A stretch of DNA of 64,000 bases, taken from the human T2T-CHM13v2.0 reference genome, Homo sapiens. The notes below the pieces were generated by a model. It worked only from the letters and a program-made list of their open reading frames with translations, had not been told where the DNA came from and did not search any database. The stretch lies in NCBI RefSeq assembly GCF_009914755.1, contig NC_060925.1; one strand, 5' to 3'. Shown in pieces: positions 14,652-29,800 of this stretch. Position numbers and translations under genes: made by a program. Position 1 is the stretch's first letter; each line of letters opens with the position of its first letter.

Positions 14652-16391
14652 TCATGACTGTTAGCTTTATTTTGGGGATGTAGAAAATAGAGATTCACTT
14701 TGAATTTTCAAAATGCACATCCCCATCTTTGTTTCTAATTTTAGAAGAGAGGTCAGTAAGTAGACAGATTTGTGTAGAAGATAGAGAATTGGAATATGCT
14801 TCTCTTTTGCCTATTTGAGGGAATGCTCTTGAGAATCACTGGATTAGAGACTGTAGAACAATGGTTCTTACTCTTTGAGTCAGAGGTCCTTTTAAGAGTT
14901 TAATGAAAATCCTGGTTCTTTCCTCAGGAAAATTCAGGAGCACAAAAATATGCGTATTCTGTTAGAGGATTTATGGGACTTCTGAAACTCATGGATCCTG
15001 GGTTTTAAAGTCCTGATGTGGAAGGCCAGGCCTCCAAGCCACAGCATCTCTTTTCATTACAAGTCCACAAACTGCTAAGAGATTTAAGTTTCCAGCCTGC
15101 AGTTTGTCCTTATGGCTTGGAACAAAGCTGAGGTTGTTGGCATTGTCAGCTCCCTCTTTGGGATGCTCCTCAGCTTCCCAAAAGACTCATTATAAGTGCC
15201 TTGAGAGTTCAGCTCAGGAACTTAACACACATTCGAACCGGCATTTCGGCCACTTTGGGGGAATTTTTGGTATTATCTCAACTCTACTGCTCTTCATATG
15301 AAATGCAGATGCCCCTGAAGCTCCAGAGCTGATTCCGTAGGAGTGTTTGAAATAGTAGCTCACATAGTAGATTATCAAAACTAAACAAAATAATTTGCTT
15401 CTGTATGTCTCTCAAAAATAGGTTGGATTTCAATGTAGTACTTCTCAAACTATTATATTTTAAGGACTGACCTGATATTTGAATTTTACTCATCATTTGA
15501 CTTTTCTAGATGGAATATGTTGAGGGCAAAGACCGTATCTCACACATATTTATATAGTACCTGGCACATAATACTGTCAATAAATGCTTATTGAATAAAA
15601 TAATGTGAGATAATCATTCCTTGGAGAAAGTAAGTTGGACTTATGTGGTGGCTTTGACTCACTTTCCCTTTCAGTTGGCTGGGGTGATTTTTCTAACTTA
15701 GAGCCCTCTCACATAGGTATAAGGAAGTACCAAGAACTGCAGGTGAGAAATTGATGAGAATTTCCAACTTAATAGATCCCTTTATAAAGCCAGAAATAGG
15801 AGGTCAGGGAGAAGACATCTGAATATATGCCTCCAGCTTCTTAGCCCAGTGGCAGTGGGCATAGGGATATCCTTAGACAATAATGGGGAAGGTAACTTGA
15901 ATTTCTCACCATTGAAACAACTTTTAAACCCTTAGCATTAGGGAGACTCTGTCCAAAGTTGAAACTGGTATCCTGGTTTATACATGCTCTTGATTTAAAG
16001 AACAGGGAGGCTTTCACATAGGGTATTTGAGGTTTGGGGATTAGCGATGAGTTGAATAGTTTGATTTTGGAAAGTACATTGGAACTCTGAAAGTAATAAA
16101 CAACAGCTCCGTCCGGCAGTGATGAGCAAACTTCTGGTTCTTACTCTGCAACCCTGGCTGCCCCTTCTGAGTCAAAGGCTGAGTTTGATGCTCAAAAGCT
16201 ATACATGCCCTTCTCTCTTTGAAACACACCTTCTTTAGAATTACAGTCTTCTGGGAACTGGGCCAATGCTTATCCTAGCCAGAAGCTCAGGCTCTAGTTG
16301 GCACTACATTTTGTGTGTTCTGTTTCACTTCAAGTGTATAACTTAGGCAAGATTCAGGGGAAAAGGAGACCTTCAGAATTTTGCTATTTTG

Positions 16392-16719
<328 letters not shown>

Positions 16720-18068
16720 AAATTTTGCTATTTTGGAAGTTGAAATAGGTGCTTCCTAGAGATAGCAGATGTATCCAGTTGCTTTGGTAACTAATTCAGT
16801 TTCTTATGGGTGGCCAGGTGGTATCCCACTTATTATTCAATACTTGAGGGTTCAGTGCCCAGCTTCTGAGCACCAGCTTTCTTAGCAAGCAAGACATGAA
16901 GATTCCCAGTGTTCATTTATGAGAAGTAGCCCAGCTGGCTTGTCATGCTGGACTAGATGAATTGTGAATGTTAATTATATTGATAATACAGTGGCCTTGG
17001 TAACAGACTTGTAGCTGCTGTAGAATCTGTTTACTTCAGGTTTGTAACAGAAAAGAGACCAAGCTGGTTGGGAACATGGTGTTCTCAGTGTAATAAGATG
17101 TATTGTAAGTCCAAGGAAAATGCATCTTGGTGGGGCTGACCTTATTGCACCCCTTCCCCAAGATTTCCCGGAGAGAAACATTATTCTGGGGATAGTTTCT
17201 GTTCTTGTTTGCCAATCAATAATGAATTGAGGTTGGCAAAGGCTGGGTTTTTAGTGGAAGTGGGGTAAAGCATGTTTACAAATCATAAAGTTTAGAAGGA
17301 GAACACCTGTGTTAAGCACCTTATTTCTCTACCTAGTTTATAATTAGGAGGGGATGGTTGATGAGATTAGTTTCGGCCCTTGCATTCAGGAGGTGGAGCC
17401 CCTCCTATTTGGGGAGCAGGGGGTTCATAATTCTGTACATTCTTTTCTTACTCCGCAGCGAGGGGATTAGCTGAGCACTGGGCATGTCTGGAATGAGAGC
17501 ACTTTGCCAATTTTTACTGAATTTGGACCAAACTAATAAAAATACAATCTCGGTCTTCCTCAGACAGTCTCTTTGTCATGTTCTCCTAACCCCTAGGATC
17601 CATCTGATGGATTGTCTGTTCCTAACAGATGGAGTTGGCATTAAAGGTAGATTCTCTACTTCCTTTGCCTTATTGTTTTATTTCTGAACAAGGCATATCT
17701 AATGCATTTGTTCCCTGTATTGGAAGTTGCTTTATCAAGAGCCTAGTAAACTCAGTGTACTTGTGTTTCCTTTTCAGATCCTGCTTAGATTATTTCTTAG
17801 ATCAGCACTTCTCATTCTGTGGAAGGAGAAGAAGGTATCAGTCACATAGAGGGTTTTTTCGCAATAACTCATTACCTGGCTCTAAACTAGAGCTGTGTAA
17901 TCAGAATGGGGGAGGAGCTGAGAGTAAGAGAACAGATGGAGAATGGGTTGGCATTTTGAAACAGCTTCACCAGATAAACTTGAAATCTCCCAGATTTAGA
18001 ACCATTCTTTTAGATTATCTAGCAAGACTGGCCAACATTGTTCGGAAATCTAACATTGAGATGGTAAT

Positions 18069-18394
<326 letters not shown>

Positions 18395-18707
18395 TCACGA
18401 GGAGAAATCTTGGTCCTCCCTCATGTGAAAGGTCCTGAAAATAGTCTACCGTTGCTCTTTTTCTCAATGTATTCAGAGTAAACCATGACCAGGAATCATG
18501 TAGCCCCATCTGCTCAGGGTGCAGCGTCCCAGGGCCTGTGCTAGGCACTTAGGGTGCATCAGTGAACAAAACAAAGATTCATACTCTGTAGAGCTGACAT
18601 TCTTGTGAGGTTATTATTTGGATCATTTAAGTCCAGTGAAGTGGTTCTTAACCATTGGGGGTTTGGAACCCTCTGAGAGATGTGTACGTATTCCAGCAAA
18701 ATGCACA

Positions 18708-18972
18708 CAGTCATGTGTCACTTAACAAGGGGGATACATTCTGTAAACTGTGCCCTTAGGCAATTTTGTTGTTGTGCAAACGTCAGAGAGACTTTAAATG
18801 ACTGGCAACGCAGTAGGTTTGTTACACCAGCATCACCACAAACATGTGAGTAATGCACTGCACTACGATGTCACCAGGCGATAGGAATTTTTCAGCTCTA
18901 TCATATTCTTATGGAACCACCACTGTATATGTGGTCCATCATTGACCAACCTTCATTACACAGCACAGGACC
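18708..18972. mobile_element. Tigger3/Golem (MER7)-like DNA transposon, apparently inside an older hAT MITE (~18640-19027)
   Basis: CAGTCATGTGTCACTTAACAAGGGGGATACATTCTG terminus; flanks GTGGTTCTTAACC...GGCTAAGAACC. Confidence 0.6.
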
Positions 18973-20470
18973 TTGTAAGGGGGAATTGGCAGCCTGCAAC
19001 CCATCCATGGACCCAGGGCTAAGAACCTAGAAGACTTGTCTAGATTTGAGGATGTGGTGATTGGGATAAAGCCAGGCCCTGAATTGGGTGTTTGGAACCA
19101 TTATCTCCTCGCCAGACTGGGTTGTAGTTTCTTGATCTGTACAGCCAAAGCAGTATGTAAACAACTCAAGGATATCACTAGAAAAAGAGGGAATGGCTAA
19201 GCCTTCTCTAAGCTAAAGAGTCTATGTTTTATGTGAAATGCTAAGAATGATTCTGACTCTGTTCTCCCTCTTACCCTAGTTTCTAGTTGGCTGGGCTTCT
19301 GGTGCTCAATAGATTAAAAGTCAAGTCAGAATAAGAATTTCCCTAATGTGCTAATTTATGTTATGAATTCCTAGACTGAGAGTGATAGTAAAGTTATAAA
19401 GATCATGAGGACATTTTAGTGAAATTCTGGCTTCAAAAACACAGAAAGTGACAGGAGTTGAAGGGCTGTTGAAATAGCCAGAGTAGAGATTAGAGAAAGA
19501 TGACAGGAAGAAAAGGAGGGCAGAACTCAGACAGTCAACTAAGCTGGTGAGCCAGTAGCCAGGAGAGCAGCTTTCTCCTTAAGCCAAAGTGAGCAGATCT
19601 GAGACTCATGCAGAAAAATACTCCTTTTTGGTCTTGAAGGGGTCTGTCACTGTTGCTTTGTTACCAAATAGTACCCGGGATAAAAAGCGGGACGGCAGAT
19701 AAGGGTTTGCCTTAACATTTATACCAACGTTAATATATCTCTGTTGCTGGAAAAGTTGGTGTTAAACTTGAAAGAATGGCCAAACCCTGCCTGAGGGTTA
19801 GTGCAGTGTGTAACGCGTACTGCAGAAACATGAATGAAATGGGACACTGGGAGAGAGAATTATGTAGAAAGACACAGCCGGATTTAGAGGTTGGAGCACA
19901 TAGAGTCCTGTGCTAGTTCCACCTTTACCTCCCTGAAATCTGATCTTTAGTATAACCACAGGTCAAGACCTCTTTACTTTAGGTTGATCTTTACAGGGAT
20001 ATCTAAGGGAAACTTTCCATATGCACACTGGAAGATAGCTGAATAAGGGCTGTGTTCAGGCTAAACTTGTATAAACTCATCTCATTAGAGAACAGAGCCC
20101 ACAGTCCTCCCCAGAGGAGTGAGGAGGCTCTAGATGGTTCCAGTTATAACTGCTCTCCAGCATATGGAAAAACTGTTCTGCTATGAAACCTTCCAACCAG
20201 CTACTCACATAAAGACATTTCATTGTTTGCTCAGTGATGCATTAAAGCTGAGGCTGCCTAAGCTAGAGAATATAATCACATACCAATTATCTTTATTTTT
20301 TATTTTTAAAGAAGCCCTTTAAAATAACCAAAAGAATTTCACACCTCACTTCCTGGGACTGGGACTGTTTTGCAGTTGTATTCAGCTTATGAAGTTATAT
20401 AGTTAAAAATTGCTACTAAGTTTTCGGAAAAATTATTCTTAAAAATTATAATTAAAAATTCTTATTCTTG

Positions 20471-20612
20471 GGCCAGGTGTGGTGGCTCTTGCCTGTAATG
20501 CTAGCACTTTGGGAGGCCAAAGCAGGAGGATCCCCTGAGCCCAGGAGTTTGAGGTCAGCCTGGGCAACACAAGGAGACCCTGTCTCTAAAAAATAAAAAT
20601 AAAATAAATAAA
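20471..20612 (+). mobile_element. Alu monomer (FLAM/AluJ left arm)
   Basis: GGCCAGGTGTGGTGGCTC...GAGACCCTGTCTCT plus A-rich tail. Confidence 0.88.
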
Positions 20613-20620
20613 AATTATTA

Positions 20621-20909
20621 TTTTTTTGAGACGGAGTTTCACTCATTCGCCCAGGCTGGAGTGCAGTGGTGTGATCTCACCTCACTGCAACCTCCGTCCC
20701 CTGGGTTCAAGCAATCCTCTTGCCTCAGCCTCCTGAGTAGCTGGGATTATAGGTGCCTACCACCACACCTGGCTAATTTTTGTATTTTTAGTACAGATGA
20801 GGTTTCGCCATGTTGGCCAGGCTGGTCTCGAACTTCTGACCTCAGGTGATCCACCCACCTTGGCCTCCCAAAGTGCTAGGACTACAGGTGTGGGCCACCG
20901 AGCCTGGCC
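20621..20909 (-). mobile_element. AluS (Sx-like)
   Basis: Antisense full Alu; TSD ATAAAAATT(A/C)TTA. Confidence 0.93.
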
Positions 20910-20959
20910 ATAAAAATTCTTAAGTGGAAAATTTTCTCCGTTCATTAATTGAGTATTTG

Positions 20960-21660
20960 ATATTTTTTTCAGCTTTATTAAGGTATAATTGACAAGTGAA
21001 AACTGTATGTATTTGGACCAGGAGTGATGGCTCATGCCTTTGGGAGGCTGAGGTGGGAAGATTGCTCAAGGCGAAGAGTTCAAGACTAGCTAGGGCAACA
21101 TAGTGAAGTCCCCATCTTTTACAAAAAAGAAAAAAAAGATTAGCTGGGCACGGTGGCACATGACTGTTATCCTAGCCACTCAGGAGGCTGAGGCTGGATG
21201 ATTGCTTGAGCCCAGAATTTGGGGTTGCAGTGAGCTATGATCCTGCCACTTTACTTTAGTCTTGGTGACAGTGAGACTCTGTCTCTTTAAAAAAAAAAAA
21301 AGTATTCAAGGTGTACAGTGTGATATTTTTATGTATACATTGTGAAATTATTACCACAGTCAAGCTAGTTAATATATCCATCACCTCATAGTTACTTTGT
21401 GTATATGTGTGTGTATTGTATGTGATGAGAATACTTAGGATCTACTCTTAGCAGATTTCTAGTATACAATGTTATTGTTAACTGTAGTTACTGTGCTATT
21501 CACTAACTCTCCAGAACTTATTTATCTTATAACTCCAAACTGTACCCTTTAACCAACATTTCCTCATTTCTTCCACCTTCCTGACGCCTGGTAAGAACCT
21601 TCTGCTTTTTGCTTCCATGAGTTTGGCTTTTTTAGATTGCACATAAAAGTGAGATTATTT
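20960..21660 (-). mobile_element. L1MA-type 3' end, interrupted by AluJ
   Basis: CAGCTTTATTAAGGTATAATTGACA...GTGTACAGTGTGAT...GTGAGATTAT, typical antisense L1MA8/9 3'UTR. Confidence 0.7.
21015..21301 (+). mobile_element. AluJ
   Basis: Diverged dimeric Alu with GATTGCTTGAGCCCAG...GAGCTATGATC J-type motifs. Confidence 0.88.
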
Positions 21661-21880
21661 AATTGATTACTTTAAATAAATATCTACCATAACTATGAAA
21701 CCAAGATTCAGTAATCAGATATCATGTTACTTAAATCCAGAATACTTCAATAAAAATAATAGCCTTACAAGAACTTTTGTTAGTTGTAGTAGTCAGAAAG
21801 GTGGTACCAGAAAGTAGAAATACATCAATGGTAAAATTTTTTTTTTTTTTAACCTGAGGTCTTCAAATTTAATACAACAT

Positions 21881-22015
21881 TTATTTTATTTTTATTTTTA
21901 TTTTTTGGAGACAGGGTCTTGCTCTGTTGCCCTGGAGTACACTGGCACAGTCACAGCTCACTGCAGCCTCGACCTCCCAGGCTTGGTTTATAAATGTGAG
22001 CCACTGCACCTGGCC
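21881..22015 (-). mobile_element. Internally deleted AluJ
   Basis: Right-arm 3' portion fused directly to the Alu 5' end. Confidence 0.75.
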
Positions 22016-23288
22016 AAATATAACTCTTTTTCTGTTGGTGGAATTCAGCTGTGCTAGATCTTTTAGACATAAGACTTGGAAAGGGTGCTTTTTGAGTGGC
22101 ACACCACAGATGAGAAAGGAACCTAATGGAATGTTTTTAGTTTAAAAGAAATTATCTGATTGTGCTAAGTGTTCATGTGTGAAAGAAATATTCCTCCAGC
22201 ACCATTCAGCACAGGATAAACCTCTTCAAAAAGCACATTTAAAGTATATTCTCTGTTGCATGTTTTAGAATATGGTAACTTCTCATGAAATAACCAGCGA
22301 ATTTCCCCAGTGACCAAAAGAGGAAAAAGAAAAAATCAGTGGCCAATTTGACCATACTAAACTAAAAATTTTGCTTAAACGCAGGTGGAAATCATACAAA
22401 TAGGGAATTCTGAATTAATTTCTTTTGTCCTAGTAAAGTAGTCTAGATTAGATTGCCCATACATTCTCCTCCTTACTCCATCCCCAGAAGACAATGGAAG
22501 TGTATTCTAGAATGGAACATTTTGTTACCACAGTGTTTGGGCTCTGCTATTACTGGGCTCTCCTCACCCTTTCCAGATCTATGGAGCAGTACTTTTCAAT
22601 GGCAATTTGTTGGCAACGTAAAAACATTACATTTCTTTGCATCATTTTACTTTTCTGAAAATTAATAAAGGTTTTTGGAACTTAAAGAATTATTTTCCTT
22701 TACCAGTGCTTACAAATCTTTATCTGGTGTTATAAGCTCAGAAAGCTTATAGTGCAACAGTAGACCACTCCAAGGTAAACTGACCCCTTGGAAATAAAGG
22801 GGAAAGCTGCTGTTTCCCCAGCCTATTCCAAAAGAAGGAAAATAGAACTGGGCTTATGGGTGTTTTTTGTTTTTGTTCTTTTTTTTTTTTGCTTTTTGCT
22901 TTTTAAACCTCAGTGTTGGTAGCAAATTGCCTTAAGCAAGTCACTTAGCCCCAACCCCTGTTCTGTTTTCTCATTTGTGAAGCATAGATGCAACATTGAA
23001 AGGATTCTAGAATGTTTTGAAAATACAAACCCTCTGTAAACTGTAAGCCACAGGTGTTGAGGCAAAGCACTTAAAGTCATATAAATCTAGGCATTCAGGA
23101 TCTTGGTGTCCACCCTACTAGTAAGTGGGATTTCAAACTTCCTGTACAATCAACTTTAAGTAAAAATCTTCATGTAGTGCTATCAGGTGGTGTTACCAGT
23201 GATGCTTGTTCTTTGTATGCCAAGAGTTCAACAAAAATGGTTTGTAAAATATTTAGATCAGTGATATTCTAGCAGTGATATATATTGA

Positions 23289-23618
<330 letters not shown>

Positions 23619-23699
23619 TGACAGCTTTTTATTTCCCTGAGCCTATACTAGTTGGTTCTTATACCCTATGAACCAATACAAAATGATTCCCAAGTGAAA

Positions 23700-25610
23700 A
23701 AAACAAGGTGCAGACTATATTATCATGCTACCTTTTGAGTAAGGGAGGGAAAATAATATGTATTCGCTTCCCACACTCCTAAAAAGAAACATAAAAAGGA
23801 TAAACCAGAAACCAGTGAAAATGGGGAGGGACACGTAGAGTATCAGGGCTAGGAATAGCAGTGAAACTTCTCTGAGTGTACCTTTTAAAGTTTTGAGACA
23901 TGTAAATGTTTTATATGTCAAAATCAAAGAGAAAAAAGGAAAGCTTTAAGTTCTTACAAACACAAAGGAATGAACCCAACTAAAATATAAAATCTTAACC
24001 TAATATATCAAATTGATTACTCAGTCACACAGAAAATAGTACTTTGATTATATATCTTTATGAAATATATTCTGAGGACGAGAAGAACTTCAATGAAACC
24101 TTGACACGTCACTCAGTAAATTTTGGTGCGTAATAACATTAGTCTTGTCATTTTGAAACTTTTGTATGCATTATAGAATAAACAAACATTAGAGACAAGA
24201 CATACAATAGGAAAATTAAACTTTTTTTAAAAAAGGTAATACTAAATCTGAAGTAGAAATATCAATATGAACTCATAAGTAAAAGGATTGATTTCTCTCT
24301 CTACCAAAAGAACCTAGGAGTAGTGCATCTCTAATAGCAATTATCACACCTCTTACTCCAGGTATTAGCTTCTAAATACTACTCCCTTCTAAAAGAAAGG
24401 CTCCTGAGAGAAATGGTTGATTCCAGGTTTGGAGAAGAGGAAGAACAAGGTGAGCCTGGTATATCTTCTTTTGTCAAAAAGAGTGGAAGGACTGTAATGG
24501 AATCATGTCAAAGGACAGAAGAGCCAGCTTGAAGGAGGCTCCCACTGGCCCAATTTGAGACAATATGAGTATTCAGTGCAATTAATGTATAATTAAGTGT
24601 AATCTGTTAAATACATAAAAATCTGAATGACAAAGGGAGAAGATTTTTCTTTACAAAAGAATGCCAGCTAATGTGGAAGCATTGATAGAAAAATAGAAGT
24701 TGCGATTCTATAACCTTCCCAATATAATTGGTTCAGGCAAGGATTATTAACAGATGGTGAAGTCATTAGGGAATAGGATATTAACATGATGAAAAAAGTA
24801 TTGCCCTACAAATTAACTTTTACTTGCAAAAGAGAAAATGTACCTTTCAAAGAAGAGATCTGATGTTCTCACTTTAACCAGGACTCAATCTTAGCATTGC
24901 TAATAGTGGAACAACCCGACATGTGCCTCCTGATAATGATGCAAGGTGAAATATACTACATAATGCAGGAAATATTCTTGCCAGAATTTTAACCTTTTTC
25001 AAATAAAACCTCAGAACTGAACTTCCAGTTTATAGGAAGGAAACCCTCTGAAAAATTCAAAACATGAGTGATTTTATAAGACAATTAGTCTGGATTCCTC
25101 AAAGAAAAGTCAGTATCACAAGGGGGTGGGAGACATTGGAGAGACTGTTCTAGATTAGCAGAGGCTAAAGGAACCTAACAACCAACTGCATTTAATGAAC
25201 CTTGAATCCATGCTGGGTTGGCAGGGTTGAGGAGACTGTTGGGATATAAATAAATATTCTTGAGAAAATTGGGGAAATTTGAATATAATCTGGACAGTCT
25301 GGATATATGAATATATAGAATAATTGTTAATATTAAGTGTGATATGTCATCATGGTTCTGTAGGAGAATATTCTTATTCTTAGAAGATACATTCTGAACA
25401 ATTTATTGGTAATGTTCATGTTTGCAACCTTTATTTTTACAGGACCATGTGAAAGTATGCATGTGTATGTGTATATATATAGAGAGAGAAAAAACCTATT
25501 ATGGAAAACGGAAAGATTTATTCTAGGTGGAGAGTACAGGTGTTTATTATACTATGCTTTTGAATTTTTTTATGTGCTGAAAATGATTATAATAAAGTTG
25601 GAAAAGTAAA
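23700..25610 (+). mobile_element. Old L1M (MC/ME-like) 3' region
   Basis: A-rich degenerate LINE-like tract with L1M 3'UTR motifs (GGGGAAATTTGAATAT, GTAGGAGAATATTCTTATTCTTAG); boundaries approximate. Confidence 0.55.
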
Positions 25611-26768
25611 GTACAACAATGGTGCTAGCGAGTGGGGATGGAGGGTAGGGGGTGGGAGAGGAGACTTTAATGTTGTCACTAAAGTAGTGGGTATGTTCCA
25701 GGAACCAGGATTTCTTCAGTCACCTGTACTGATTTTTTTTTTTAAACCTAGAATTGATGATAAATCAATATCGGGAGAAACAGAGATGACTGGCATGTGT
25801 TTATATAATATTGGTGGTGGGACTGAGAAAAGAAGTATGGACAGGTCAGGCAACTAGGTAGGTAGTAGATAGCTAAATAGGCATTGAAACAGTCTGGGTG
25901 TGTGTTACATTCTGTTGCAAATTGTGGTGTTCAAAAGATTGGGAAGCCCTTTTCTGTCCTACTTACTGCCTTTTTTCTAACTTCTTATGTTTACTTCTAG
26001 TTGGCAGTTGCAGGCCTCGATTACTCATTGACTGGAGCACTTTAGGAGATAATAGTGAAGTGAAGTCAGTGAAGTGTTTAGTCTTACAGGAAGAGAGGGG
26101 AGTAGCTCACAAGGGTCAAACTACTCTTTGGCAGAGTTTTTCAAGCTGTGTGTTCCTTACCTTTTAAGTGACTCAGCAGTTTGGGGCCTGGTATTGCCTC
26201 ACCTCTTCTCGCCGCGAGCATTGACAGAAGATCTAGTTGAGTCCTACTTTGAAAGGAGTATTGCTTCTGACTGTGGAATTGGATTCTAGCTGTGTGTGTG
26301 TTATATCCTGTTACTGTTGAGACACAGAGGCGGGAGTCGGCGGGGGAAGATATGTGCTGAGATTAGTCAGCCTGCCCTCCCTCTCCCCCAAGAAACTCAG
26401 GCCCCATCTGGGGAGAGTGAGAACTTAAGAAACTTGAGACAGGGAAGGAGAGCCGGGAGCAGCCAAAACCTGCTAAGTCTCAGAAGACTGGTTTCTGCAC
26501 AAGGGAATGGAAGAAGTGACTGGAGGTGGCTGTGGATTCAACTCTGGCCTGAGATTGATTCCCTTGAGATAAGTTGTTTTCTGGTGGGTGTGTCTGGGAG
26601 CATTGTGTTGGGAAGGGAATTCCTTTCTTTGGGAAACACTTTTTTTTTTACTTGAAGTGAAAGGTATTCAGACTTGTGTATTTCTTGTACCAAGGAGTGG
26701 GTGTTTATTGATAACTGTTTCTTTGGGTTCATCTGAAGTGGGAATCAGACTGGTAAATATCAAGAAAA

Positions 26769-26885
26769 ACTGGGCATGGTGGTGTGGGCCTATAGTCCTA
26801 GCTACTCAGGAGGTGGGAAGATTGTTTGAGCCCAGCAGTTTGCAGCCAGCCTGGCAAACATAGTGAGACCCTGTCTCTTTAAAAA
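26769..26885 (+). mobile_element. Alu monomer (FLAM_A-like)
   Basis: TGGGCATGGTGG...TAGTGAGACCCTGTCTCT. Confidence 0.75.
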
Positions 26886-29800
26886 GAGAGAGAACGTAAG
26901 GAAGTAAAGGTGTTACACCTGTTTTGGCTGTCTGCCATATTCTCTTCCTTTCCTCTGAAAAAGGAGTGGGTGAGGGTAGAATCTGTAGAAGAAAAAATAA
27001 ATTAACCAGAAAATATGTGTGAAAGAGGGATTAGAAAAGATGTAGGAATCTTGAAAAGTGTTCTGACACACTATGCTTAGTAATGATGATCTTGTTAAAA
27101 TATCTAGTTTTTTATTGTTACTTTTTTTTTGCTCAGTTGCTAAGAAATATGCTGACCATAATTTCTAAACAGAAAAATCTCTGCACACAATATGCTAGGA
27201 CAGACAATGGGACAGAATATATAAATTTAGGAATGTCCCAGAGAATCAGTAGTGTACCAAAAGAGGGATCCTAGCCCTTCAAATAATTCTCTGCAGTAAG
27301 AAAGACTGCTCTGCTCACTTCTACATTACACTTTCTTAATGATTTGTTTTCCTAGTAATTGTTGTTTATCTTTGAATCTAGTTCTTGACACTTAGGAAGA
27401 AACCTTTTTGAGGAAATTAAAAGCTGTTAGATTGGTATTTGAAATAACGAATTTGACAAGATGTCTAAGTTAAACCTAAGTTAAACAATATCCAGATAAG
27501 GCTGTGAAGACTATAATATCTGGCATGTTCCTCATGGAGCAGTGAAATTCCATGCCAAAGCCACTTACATTACTATACTGTGGGTCAAAACATGTCTACA
27601 GATTTTAAGGGACCGTGTTTCCTTGCATAGAACTTTCCTGGAGTAGCACTGGATACTTAGTTGGTGCCTAGCAAATGTGATGACTAAAGAATATAATGCA
27701 TCACAGATATTATCCTGATCACCATTTCTTGGCTAAAATGTTGTAGTGGAATTCTGGTGGCTGTTAATTCTTTCTCATTCAGGAGATAGCAGGCAAAATT
27801 GGGTGGGCCCTGGGAAGGAGTGTAGCTGGGCTATTTAACATCTGAGAATATAGGATGTGTGTTTATGAAAGTAAACTCAGCTTCTAATGGTAAAAAAAAA
27901 AAAAATCAATTAGGATCAACTAAAGGAATAGCATACAATTTTTCTTCTCTTGAGGTATGTAACTTTTTTGGATTGTCTCTGATCCCCTTCTCTTGGTAAG
28001 GTCTGCACAATTCTTTCAGCTCACTTTGTCAGCAGACTTCCCACTAGGTAGTGCATATACCCCAAATTATTCGTTTGGTAGAGCTTTTCTTTACCATTCT
28101 CAGTATCACATGGAAGAAAGTCAACCATTGTACCTGCTAAGCTATTTGAAGAGGTGCTTTAAATAGCATGTTAAACTGGCCTGATATTTAATTGGGTTTT
28201 TAAGACACAGCAAGTAGACTTCTGTATTTGGGTGTGCTATTTGAAGAATGGGTCAATCTGACCTTCTAGCCTTTCATAAATATGCTCTTAGTGTAAGAAT
28301 GGAACACTGGTATGCTTGTTCAGTTGTGGGTAAGGCTGTTTATGGGGTGGTGAGTTACTCAAGCATAACATCATTCTTTAACATAAGACTTTTTACTTAA
28401 AGATACTTTCTGCATTTCAGCCACTTTATTTCCTTTCCATTCCTTCTCTTCCCAATCCTACTTTTTACTTAGGTGTAGTATTCCTTGTAGATGTAGATTT
28501 GAAGAAAGGTGAAAGCACAGTAATTAAGACTTAATGTTTGGAAGAAATTATGATGATAGGAATTAATAGAAACAGAACAACTTTGTAGTCTTCCTTTTCG
28601 TCTTACCCAGATTATCATATTTGCCTTAAATGAGTGAGTCCAACCCAATCAGAAGGCTGTTGTTGAGATCTGGAGAGAAAACTTGTGATATCCAAAAGTT
28701 GCTTTTGGCAGCAGTGTTTATATTTTCAACGTGAGGGTGAACAATGCTCCAGGAGATACTTCACCAAGAGAAAACAGAGCTACTAGCTGTGAAGATAATC
28801 AGTGGAGCTAGCAGGTCTGGAGGAAACTGGCAGAGCAGATGTATTCCACAGCATCAGTTGTAACACACATTCTCTTCAGGCTGTAATTTGGGGTGGAAGA
28901 AAAGACCAGGTTTTCATGCATCTTTGTATTGCTGGGACACCTTATAAGTGGTGAGAATGTCAAACAGCTGCAAGAATACACAGTCCATTCATCCTTGCCA
29001 TGGCTTGGGTTAACTACATTCTACCCACTTCAAATATGGACCATATTCATTATTTGAGAGATGGGGAGGTAGGGGCACTGCACTGGTTAGTAAGCTGCTA
29101 AGCTGCTTGCAACACAGTCCAGTATTTTTAGATGGGAAAGATTTTGCTTAGGTTTAGGCTACTGATGAGCTTTATTAATATAAGGGGAAATTATGACTAT
29201 TCGGTTTTTAAGTTGCTGAAGAAACACATTTCTCTCTTGCCACAGCCACCTTTCTATATGAAAAACTGCAAGTGTTATTGCAGTTCCCTCCCCCACCCTC
29301 ACCCTCCATGTACCTGGTATCTGGGAACATGCCCAGAACCCTTTGAAAAAAGGCGAACAGGGGAAGGAATCATAGCAGAGGGGAGAGTAGCTTCCAAATA
29401 GAATAGGCTGCATATGCCAGCAGCAGGGAGGCTGGTGGAGGAAGGGCTGCCTCTGGAGAGTGTTAAGAGGGGTTGATGGTCTCTTGACTGTGTATTTTTT
29501 TCCATCATCAAAATAACAGCATATTGAGTTGGAAGTCATTACCTTGGTCCTGGATTAATTTCTTCAGCAAAACTAGCTTTACTGACTGTAGAAATCAGTT
29601 TCCAATTTGTTTATATTAGCTGCTTGTGCCTAGGCTGCCCGCTTAAACCTGATTGCTGCACTGCAATCTGGTGCTCCCCTAGCTGAAGGGTACATGTGAA
29701 AGAGGAGGAGAAGCTTTTGCAGCTGTAACTAATGGGTAGTTTACTGTTCCTGGCTTTAAAGTGGCTGTAACCATGTTGCCAGTATTATACAGAGAAGATT

